Positions 38,036 to 50,078 of a DNA stretch of 64,000 nt are shown here, piece by piece (position 1 is the stretch's first letter; every line of letters begins with the position of its first letter). Source of the stretch: Octopus sinensis. Lineage: Eukaryota. The position numbers and the translations under genes are program-made. The notes beneath the pieces were generated by a model. That model was not told the origin of the DNA, did not search any database, and saw nothing but the letters and a program-made list of their open reading frames with translations. The stretch covers positions 59,780,464-59,844,463 of the forward strand of contig NC_043011.1 of the NCBI RefSeq assembly GCF_006345805.1. Direction: 5' to 3'.

Positions 38036-41000
38036 TGATGATGAGCTTCTCTGCCCTAGGTGTACAGAAAACACTCGGCGAGAAACGGAAGAAAATTTGA
38101 AGAAAGAAGGAAAAAAAAAAAATAATAATAATGGTAATTTCTACTATAGGCACAATGCCTGAAATTTTGAGGGGACGGGTATTACATTGACCCTAATGCT
38201 TAATTGGTACTTATTTCATCAACCCTTAAAAAGAAGGAAGGAAGGTAAAGGTGACCTCAGTGGAATTTGAATTCAGAATGTGAAAGATGGACAAAATGCT
38301 GCTAAGCATTTTATCTAGTTCACCAAAATCTTTGATTACTTTTTTATATTTGATTAGGGGAATCTTTTCCGAAATATAATACAAACATTAAGCAACCTAT
38401 GTCCTGTAATACAGTATCTTCTCAGTGTTTCCATTTATAGGCACACATCATGTCTCTTGCCTAACTACTCACCTGCATTATTTAAAGGGTTTTCAAAATA
38501 GTTATGCCACAATGAAGAAAGACTAGCTTAGTACTTCTGTATTTATATCCTAAAGATATAACAATTGTTGCCATATTAAGACCATTTTACAAAATAACTT
38601 AAAGCAGAGGAAAGAATTTAAACATGTCAAAGGAAGACCTTACTCTATAACTTAAAGTATGCCATGTCACTATGCAATTTATGGCAGGTTTTCTACAGCC
38701 AGATGCCCTTCCTACTGTTAGCTTACACTTGTTTCGAGGCAAGGCGATATTTCTTCATAGCTAGACATGCTTACAACTATCACTTGATGTCAAATCAAAG
38801 AGACACAAGCACACATACATGCACTTACAGACCCACTTGTATATATATACACACACATGCATATTATGTGTATGTATATATAGGTGTATCTGTACATATA
38901 GGTGTATATATATATATATACACTCACTTAGATCGCTAGCCACTACACATTCTTTATTTTCTCTCCATGTTTCTTTCTGTGTTCGTTTCTGTGGAAGAGC
39001 ATTGGCTCAAAACGTTAAAGGCTTTTTCACTTCCTGAGCATTATACTAATACATCTCTTTGTTGTCTACACCACCTGTCTTTGTCTTTTGCTTTTTTGTA
39101 AATTCTCCCTATATATATATATACATAAGCCAAGATTCTTCAGTTACAAAATCCAATCACAAGTCTTTGGTTGGCCCAGAGCTATAGTAGAAGACACTTT
39201 CTCAAGGTCTCATGTAGAGGGATTGAACCTAAAACCATGTGGTTGGGAAGCTATCTCCTTAACCACACAGCCAGGGACCCAATGGGTGCTGTGGCCCTGG
39301 ACCTTTTTAGGCCTGAAAAATATGACAGAAGATAAGGGGTTTAGTAAGAGATTCAATCATGCATCTAATTTGGGACCAGTCTTGGAATCATCAATGACTA
39401 CTTAGAAATTAAGCCTTTCACCAAAATATTCTATTTCTTTAAATTTCAGGTCCTCTACTGAAAACAATGTTGAACAATATGCAGAATAAAATCCACTCAA
39501 AACCAGATTTCAAGACAAAACTGTTCATGTATTCAGCTGTGAGTAATTTCTTTTAAATACCAAATTTATTGGGTTTTGCCCAATTCTGTCATTTAACTCG
39601 TTACCATTCATAAATAATTGTGTCAAATGTAATCCTTATTTATTCACATTGTCTTGAATTAATCCCAGGGTTGTCCTGAAATACCACAAGGCATTTCTAC
39701 CAGCTTTGTTAGTTCACCCCTCATTTTATTAAAGAATAATAAAAGATTGTAACCAAGGCATTAGATATCAGATTTCTGAGAGGGATCCAGTTAATTATCT
39801 TGATTCTGGTACTTGAGTGCTATTTTATTTTTAGAACCCAGAAGGATGGAAGGAAATGGACTTGAGAGGATTTGAACTCAGTACATAAAGGGGCCGTAAA
39901 TTAACCCTTTAGCATTTAAACCAGCTGTATTCAGCCTAAAATATTCTGTGTGTTCAAACTGGCGAGATCTTGCCTCTCGCGCCTACCCTAGAATATGCTT
40001 TCTGGCTTCCTTCACACTCTTACCTAATGAGGCTGGGGTCATTCCATGTTAGCTGTTCCAGAGATGTCATCATGCATGGAGCCGATCAGGTTCATCAAGG
40101 CTCTCCATTGCTGGCCATCCTAGAATGTCATTCTCAAAAATAAACAACCACATCAGTAAAATCTTGAAGCTATGAGATAATGCTTGGCTAATTCAAAACA
40201 ATCAGAGGACTCGGAATGATAAAGCACTCAATACTTGTGAAGCATTTTATGCAATGTGCAAATGAAACTCCCAAGCTGCTGCCTCTTATTTCTCTTCATC
40301 ATTTAACATCCGTTTTTGTATGCTTGCATCAGTTGGACAGAGTTTATTGATGCAGATTCTTTTCGGCTTGGTGCTCTTGCTGTTACCAACCCTCACAAGC
40401 AAAGCAACATTTCCTCATGGCCAGACATGTTTTTGCAGAATATTGGAAACCACATTGCTTGCTTGACAATCATTTTACAACTATCACACAATGTCAAGAC
40501 AAGGAGACACATGCACACATGCGTGTGCGCTCTTACAAAAGGCTTCTTTCAGTTTCCATCTAGCAAGTTCATTCACAAGGCTTTTGGTTGCCTGAGGGCT
40601 ATAGTAGAAAACATCTTTTGCCCAAGGTGCCTCGATGTGGGACTAAACCTGAAATCACATGGTTCGAAAGCAAACTTCTTACCACTGGACCTCATCTGCT
40701 CCTTTATGTAACAGCTATGTTACCTTTTGGTCTCTCTTTGTTTTTCAGCATGATAAAACTGTTGCGGCTTTGAGTCATGCTTTGAAGATCTTCAACCACG
40801 TCATGCCTCCTTATGCGTCCACATTGATTCTTGAACTTCATCAAAACAATCTGAATAAATACTTTGTCCGCATTCTTTACAAAAATACGACGATGGATTT
40901 GCACAATTACATGCAGCCACCCGTACCCCTGAAATTAAAAGGTTAGTCTATGGCTCTTATACTGTTCGTTTTTTAATATTCGTTTATCCATCATCATCAT

Positions 41001-44000
41001 CATCATTTAGCGTCCGTTTTCCATGGTAGCATGGGTTGGACGGTTCAACTGGGGTCTGTGAAGCGAGAAAGCTGCACCAGGCTCCAGTCTGATCTGGCCA
41101 GTGTTCTACAGCTGGATGCCCTTCCTAACGCCAACCACTCCGTGAGTGTAGTGGGTGCTTTTTACGTGCCACCTGCACAGGTGCCAGGCAAGGCTGGCAA
41201 CGGCCACGATCGGATTGGTGCATTTTACGTGCCACCGGCACGGAAGCCAGTCGTTTATCCATATTTATTATAATGAAGTTATTTTTATTATGTCCAATTA
41301 AATTCTTGATTATTTTCTTATTAATATTCGTTGCAAAAATGAAGGCAATGACCTGGCAGAATTGTTACAGCACCGAGAAAAATGCTTGATGCCATTTTAT
41401 CCAACTTCATATTTGGAGTTCAAATAGCTTTGTGGTTGATTTCTACAGTTGAGTGAACTGGAGCGAACACAACATAGAGCCCAGTCTAGGCATCGAACTC
41501 CCTACCTTGTGGCTTTGAGCCTGATGCTCTAACCACTGAGCCATGTGCCTTCACATCATCATCATCATCGAGTGTTTTAAATCCAGGTTTTGTCCCCGTT
41601 AACTGGGGTGGCTGGATCTACCTCAATGCCACAGAAAGCGAGGTAGGCAGTAACAGCCCACCCCAACCTTTGAGCTGGCTGGTACCCCATTCTCCTTTAC
41701 TATCATGAGGCTTATCTGGAACTAGATTATCTATGGGGATAAGCATGCCCTTGCTTATCCCCAACCTCAGTTTCTAGATATGAGTGGTCCCAAGACCAAG
41801 GCCTTTACCATGTTTTTTAAGAAATGGGCTGGAAAACTAGCTCAGGAAGGCAGGAACATTACTTCCTGAGACTCCTTTTGAAGCTCCGCTACCTGTAACT
41901 ATACATGTTTATATATATATATATATCATCATCATCGTTTAACATCCGCTTTCCATGTTAGCATGGGTTGGACGGTTCAACTGGGGTCTGGGAAGCCAGA
42001 AGGCTGCACCAGGTCCAGTCTGACCTGGCAGTGTTTCTACAGCTGGATGCCCTTCCTAACGCCAACCACTCCATGAGTGTAGTGGGTGCTTTTTGCGTTC
42101 CACCGGCACAGGTGCCAGACGAGGCTGCCAAACGGCCACGATCAGATAGTGCTTTTTACGTGCCACCGGCACGGGGACCAGACGAAGCTGGCAATGGCCA
42201 CGGTCGGATGGTGCTTTTTACGTGATATATAATATATATATGGAAATATGAATTAGAGATAAAACCACTATTATGCCACTCAGTGATAAACATAAACCAA
42301 TACATAAATAACAAATACTATAAATATGATTAATATGATATATATATATATAAAATTTATTTAATTTTTTTATATATAAAATTCTTTTAGTTTTTTATAT
42401 TTTTCTATTTATTAATTTTTTTCATATATAAAATTTTTTATTTAAAAATTTTTTATATATAAAATTTTTTAATTAAAAAATTTTTTTTATATATAATTTT
42501 AAAAATGTTTTTATAGATAAAATTTTTTTTTTTATTTTTTTATATATAAAATTTTATTTTTTATATATATATTTTTTTTTTTTTTTTTATATATAAAATT
42601 TCGTTATTTAAAAATTTTTTATTAAAATTTTTTTTGTTTATTTTAATTATTTTTTTGTATATAATTTTTTTTATTTTGTAATTTTTTTATATAAAATTTT
42701 TTATTTAATTTTTTTATAAATTGAAAAAAAATTTTTTTTATATATAAAATTTTTTTCTTTTTAATTTTCTTTTTATAAATAAAATTCATTTATTTTTTTA
42801 TATTTTTTATATATAATTTTTTTTTATTTTTTAATTTTTTGAATATATAAAATATTTTCTTTTTTCAGTTTTTTTATATATCAAATTTAAAAATTTTTTT
42901 ATAAATAAATTTTTTTATGCATTTTCTATATATAAATATTTGAAAATTCTTTTCATATATAAAATTTTTTATTTTTTAATTATTTTCATATACAATTTTT
43001 TTTTATTTTTATTTTTTTATATATAATTTTTTTATTTTTTCATTTTTGTATATATAATTTTTCATAAATTTTTTTATTTTATTTTTTTTTAATAAATGTT
43101 TTAAAAAATTTTTTATATATAAAATTTTTGAATTTTTTTCATATATAAATTTTTTTTTTATATATATATATTTTTTTTTTTTATTTTTTATTATATATAA
43201 ATTTGATTAATTTAAAAATTTTTTTCATATAAATATTTATATATAATTTTTAAATTTTGTATATATAGAATTTTTTTATATTATAAGTTTTTTTCATATA
43301 TAAATTTTTTTTTATCTTTTTTACTTTTTTATTTTTTATTATATATAAATTTTAAAAATTTTTGATATATAAATGTTTTTTTTTTTATTTTTTATATATA
43401 ATTTTAAAAAAATCATTTATTTATGTTTTTATATAGAAATTTCAAAAATGATTTTTTTATATATAAATTTCTTTTTTTTTTAATGTTTTCATATATGAAA
43501 TTTTTTTTTTTTTTTTTGTATATAATTTTTTTAATTTTTATTTTTAATTTCTTTTTTTATGAATAAAAAAAATTTATCTTTATTTTTTTATATATTTTTA
43601 TAATTTTTACAAATTTTTTTCTATATTGAATAAAAAAAATTTTTTTTTTTAATAATTTTTATTCTTTTTATTCTTTAATTTTTTTATATATAAATTTTTC
43701 AATAGATTCTTTTATATATAAATTTTTTTTTCTAATTTTTTGCATGTACAAATTAAAAAAAAATTTTTTATATATAATTTTTTTTTTTCATATGAAAAAA
43801 AAATTTTTATTTTTAGTTTTTTTTATATATATTTTTTAAGTAAAAAATATTTTTTTGGATATTAAATTTTTTATATTTTGATATATAATTTTTTTAATTT
43901 TTTTTATTCTTCAATTTTTATATATATATATTTTTTAATAAATTCTTTTATATATACATTTTTTTCATATATAGAATTTTTTTTTATTTTCCAATTTTTT

Positions 44001-47000
44001 TCATATATAAAATATTTTTATTTTTTATTTTTTTATATATAATTTTTTTATTTTTTCATTTTTGTATATATAATTTTTCATAAATTTTTTTATTTTATTT
44101 TTTTTTAATAAATGTTTTAAAAAATTTTTTTTATATATAAAATTTTTGAATTTTTTTTCATATATAAATTTTTTTTTTATATATATATATTTTTCTTTTT
44201 TTTTTTTATTATATATAAATTTTGATTTAATTTAAAAATTTTTTTCATATAAATATTTATATATAAAATTTTTTAATTTTGTATATATAGAATTTTTTTA
44301 TATTATAAGTTTTTTTCATATATAAATTTTTTTTTATCTTTTTTACTTTTTTATTTTTTATTATATATAAATTTTAAAAAATTTTTGATATATAAATGTT
44401 TTTTTTTTTATTTTTTTATTAAATTTTAAAAAATTCATTTATTTATTTTTTTATATAGAAATTTCAAAAATGATTTTTTTATATATAAATTTCTTTTTTT
44501 TTTAATGTTTTCATATATGAAATTTTTTTTTTTTTTTTTTGTATATAATTTTTTTAATTTTTATTTTTAATTTCTTTTTCATATGAATAAAAAAAATTTA
44601 TCTTTATTTTTTATATATATTTTTATAATTTTTACAAATTTTTTTCTATATTGAATAAAAAAAATTTTTTTTTTTAATAATTTTTTTATTCTTTTTATTC
44701 TTTAATTTTTTTTATTATAAATTTTTCAATAGATTCTTTTATATATAATTTTTTTTCTAATTTTTTGCATGTACAAATTAAAAAAAAATTTTTTATATAT
44801 AATTTTTTTTTTTCATATGAAAAAAAAATTTTTATTTTTAGTTTTTTTTATATATATTTTTTAAGTAAAAAGTATTTTTTGGATATTAAATTTTTTTATA
44901 TTTTGATATATAATTTTTTAATTTTTTTTATTCTTCAATTTTTATATATATATATTTTTTGATAAATTCTTTTATATATACATTTTTTTCATATATAGAA
45001 TTTTTTTTTATTTTCCAATTTTTTTCATATATAAAATATTTTTATTTTTTTATTTTTTTATATATAGTTTTCTTCATATGAATAAAAAAGTTTTTTTTTT
45101 TTTTTATTTTTTATATATTTTCCTATACAAATTTTTAAAATGGTTTTATATATAAATTAAAAAAATTTTTTTATATATAAATTTTTTAATAAATTTTTTT
45201 ATATATAAATATTTTAGTTTTTTCATATATGAAATTAAAAAATTTTTTTTATGTATAATTTTTCAAAATTTTTTAATTTTTTAAAAAATTTTTCAATATA
45301 AATTTTTTAATTTTTGAATTATTTTTCATATATAATTTTCTTTAATTTTTTTATTTTATTTTTTATCATTGTATGATTTTTTTATATATAATTTTTTTTA
45401 TATTTAAATTTTTTTATTTTTTCCTTTTTTTCATAAATACAATTTTTTTTTTTATATATAATTTAAAAATTTTTTTTTATTTAAAAAAAAATTTTTTTGT
45501 ATATAAATTAAAAAATTTTTTATATATTAATTTTTTTATTTTATTTTTTTTTTCATATATAAATTTTTTTTTTTTTTCATATATAAAATTTTTTATATAT
45601 AATTTTTTTTTTCATATATAAATTTTTTTATATATAATTTTTTTTTTTCATTTTCAATTTAAAGAAATAATTTTTTTTATATATAAATTTTTTTTATTTT
45701 ATTTTAATGAATTTAAAAAAAAATTTTTTTATCTATAAAATTAAAAAAAATTTTTTTATATATAAAATTTTTTTATTTTTTAATTTTTTGTATATATAAA
45801 TTTTTTTTCTATTGTTTTATTTTTTAGACATGAAATTTTTTATTTTTTAATTTTTCATTTTTTTCATATATAAAATTTTTTTATTTTTTTATTTTTTTCT
45901 AGACTGAAACTAGATATGTATGTATACACATACATACATATACATGTATAAGATCAGTGCGATGCTTAATGACCAGTTCAAAAGTGTCTTTACCACCCCG
46001 TTGGAACTCAGACAAGTGAACAAACCAGTGGACTTCTTTGCCGCCTCACCTATAACCAGTGAGGAGGTTACAATAGAATGTATTGACATTAGCGAAAAAG
46101 ATATCCTACTAGCCATAGATGAAGTGGACTTAAACTCAGCTGCTGGTCCAGATGGTTTCCCAGCCATCCTCCTCAAAGTGTGTAAGCATGCCCTGGCAAA
46201 ACCCCTCAAGATTCTCTTCCAGAGTTTTCTTGCGAATGGCAAACTGCCAAGCAAGCTGAAGTAGGGAATAATATGCCCAATACATAAAGATGCCAAAAAC
46301 TATAGGCCTATCTCTCTGACTTCACACATCAGCAAAGTCATGGAACGGATGGTCAGAAAGAAACTAATTGCATTCCTTGAGGAAAATAACTTGCTGAGTG
46401 ATACTCAGCATGGTTTTTGACCAGGTAGGAGCTGCCTGACCCAGCTCTTACAACATTATGACTGGGTGTTGAGGCAGTTACTCAACAAATCAAATGTGGA
46501 CGTAATCTACCTTGATTTTGCAAAAGCTTTTGACAAGGTGGATCATGGTATGATATGCCACAAACTGCGTGACCTCGGCATAGCTGGAAAACTTGGAGTG
46601 TGGTTACATGACTTCCTGAAAGATAGGAGTCAGGCAGTAGTGGTTAATGGAGCCACCTCTATGAACACACAAATAGTGAGCAGTGTTCCACAGGGCACTG
46701 TCTTGGGACCTCTGCTTTTTATAGTGGCCCTCTCAGATATGCCCTCAAATGCCCGGATAGCCACTCTGACCAGCTATGCAGACGATACGAAAGTCTCGCA
46801 GAAGATACAGAACCCCAGCGATGTTGCACACCTGCAGCAGGAGTTGGACTCAATCTACAGATGGGCTGAGGATAATAATATGCAGTTTAATGCTGAAAAA
46901 TTCCAGGCCCTGCACTACCAGCATCTAAAACTTACAGGATACACCGGTCCAGAGGGAATTTCAATCCCAGAGCCTAAGTCTGTGAGGGACCTGGGTATCG

Positions 47001-50000
47001 ACATGAGTGATGATACCTCTTTCCAAGTGCACATTACCAGGATGGCGACAAAGTGCAGACGACTGGCTGGGTGGATCCTAAGAACATTCAGAACCAGAGA
47101 TAAGGAAACTATGATGGTCCTCTGGCGGACATTCGTCCTCAGCCGCCTGGATTACAGCTCACAGCTATGGTCACCCACTAGTGTAACATTAACAGCGGAC
47201 CTTGAAGCAATCCAGAGAAGATTCACAAAGAAGATCGTCTCTTTGCAACAGCTCAGCTACTGGGAAAGGTTGAAACAGCTAAGACTCTACTCCCTGGAGA
47301 GAAGACGGGAGAGGTATGCAGTAATATATGTCTGGAAATCCTGGAAGGAATTGTGCCAAATTTTGGCATTGTAAGCTACACCAATGCTAGAATGGGACGA
47401 CACTGCATAGTGCCAAAGATCCCAGCAATGGCATCACGCTTCAGGACCAGCTTCTGCAACAGCCTGGGTTTCAAGGGCCCACAGCTTTTTAATATTCTCC
47501 CAAAGAGTCTGAGGAACTTGCACAAAGTAGATGTAGTGGTTTTTAAATCAAAGCTGGACATCTTCCTGTCGAGAGTCCCAGATGAACCTACCTCACGACA
47601 AGAGGTGCAAATGAGGGTAGCTATATCAAAGTCCATTCTTCACCAAGTGCCACATATTAGAGGAGGTTCTTCATAATAACAGTGAAGCACAAAACGACGG
47701 TGCATCAGCATGGCCGCAGCTCTGAGCTGAAACTAGAATTAAAAAAAACAAAAACGTACATACATATACATATATATAAATATCCACTAGCTTTTTTTAT
47801 CCTCTTTCTGTTTACTTCCTTGTGTTCCTTTCTGTTGATGAGTGTAGGCTCAACATGTAAAAGACTTTCTTATTTTTCCCAAGCATCAAACTAATTCACC
47901 TGCTTGTTGTTCATACATGTGACTTCATCTTTTGTTTTTCTATAAATTTCAACTATTCATATATATATGTATATATGGTACTGCTCAGGTGATAATGATA
48001 TCCGTGGGGCAGCCGATGATGGAGGTATGTTGGATTGGTTGGAAGGTTGTAGAATAGTATTATAATAACACATCCTTTTGATATATATACACCCACACAC
48101 ATACATGCATATATATGAATATACTGTAGTTGTTATTTCTATACTTGTATCAATAGAATAAAGTATTAATCAATTTTCTCCATTTCTGTCTTTTCTTTTT
48201 TTTGTTTCCAGATTGCCCAGTAGACTGTCCCTTTGAAGCATTTGTAGAACTTACAAAAGATGCCATCCCAACAGATTGGCTGAAAGAATGCCAAATTCCT
48301 GCATTATTTGAAACATGTAAGACTTCAAAACCCATTTTGTTTTTCACAGTTATATATTACTATGACTGTTGTCATCATTTCACATCTGTTTTCCATGCTG
48401 GCATGGGTTGGACGGTTTGACAGGATTTGACGAGCCAGCAGACTGCACCAAGCTCTAAATTCCTTCCAAAAGACAAGGGAGAAAGCACAACACCCTTGAC
48501 CCCTGAATGTTATTAATAGAGTGGATTCCGTTACTGATACCCAAGGGCCAGTTCATGATTTGAAACCATGTTGTTTATTAGATGTTGACTGTTAAAGAAC
48601 AGGAATGGTTTCTAAAGAGTAGGCTTTCCCACAGTTTCCATTCTTCTTCTTATTGCACTCTTTCCTCCTGTGTTCCTATCTCACGAGGATAATCCTTGCT
48701 GTTTCATCTTTTCTGTCACCATAATCAGCATCATCATCATTATCATCATCATCATCATCATCTTCATCATCATCATCATTTGACATTCATGTTTCTGTGT
48801 TTGCATGGATCAGACATATGATACCATTCATCTTTGACATCATCATCACTATCATCGTTATCATTTTAGTTTTCTACTTTTCCATGCATGCTTGGGGGGG
48901 GAGGGGGGTCAGACGAAGGTATGTTGGGGCAGTGTTTTCTACATCTGGGTGCCTTTCCTGTCACCAACCTCCACTTGTTTCTAAGTGGAGGCATGTGGCT
49001 CAGTGGTTAGGGTGTCAGCACCATGATCGTAAGATTGTGGTTTCGATTCTTGGACTGGGCGACGCATTGTGTTCTTGAGCAAGACACTTCATTTCACGTT
49101 GCTCCAATCCACTCAGCTGGAGTGAGCGACAGATTGGCATCCCATAAGCTTTTGTTCTGTCAAACAGCTCAAAACCTCTTTTTGCTGAAAACTGGAAACA
49201 AATGACATCCTATGAATGAGCCTTTTGTTTACAAAGATTACACAATATATCAGGAAGCCTGGACAATACAGATATAGTTATCTAGGACTGCATTATCTAA
49301 TGTGTCTTTACATTTTTTCAGACAGTAGTTTATGACTTGAAAGAGATAATTAGGCTGCTATTTCTAGCACAGTGTGACCCCATACGGGTGTCTCTCTCTC
49401 ACTGGCTTTAGGCTTACAGCTTATTGATTTTCTAAATAATAGCATGTTTGATTAACTTTAGATAATCCCCAGGCACTGTCTGCATTGCAAGCAATCCATG
49501 TGTGGCTATTAACATCTCTGGTGCATTAAATAGCTCATTAACTGCTTAATTAGCCAACTATAAATAAATAGTTAATTATGGAAGAAAACACTGCATTAGT
49601 TCAACAACTAATATTATTTGTATTATTTTTACCATTTGAATCATTGGAACATAGACCCTAATTCCTGCTGGAATTTTTTCCAGTTGTTTACATTCTGAGT
49701 TGAAGCCCTGTTAATTTTGCCTTTCATCCCTCTGACTGGTACTTAAAATTAAGTACCATTCAAGTACTGAGGTTGATGCAGTCAACAAACCTTCCCTAAA
49801 AAGTACAAAATTTCGACCTTGTGCCTATTTTAGGGGCTGTTGTTACAGACCGGATCATTAGGGCATCAAACAAAGTGCTTGGTCTCATTTCTTCTTGTTT
49901 TACATTCTGAGATCAAATCCTGCTAAAGGCACTCTCACCTTTCATCCATTTGGGGTTGATAAAATAAATACTAATTGAACTCTGGGGTTGGTGTAATCAA

Positions 50001-50043
50001 TTTTCCTCTCACACCAAAATTACCGTCTTTATCATCATCATCA

Positions 50044-50078
<35 letters not shown>

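Noticed and set aside
46466-47374. 302-aa RT ORF as a functional, retron-like or domesticated gene
   Set aside because: It is part of a 5'-truncated CR1-group LINE with upstream stops and a downstream frameshift.
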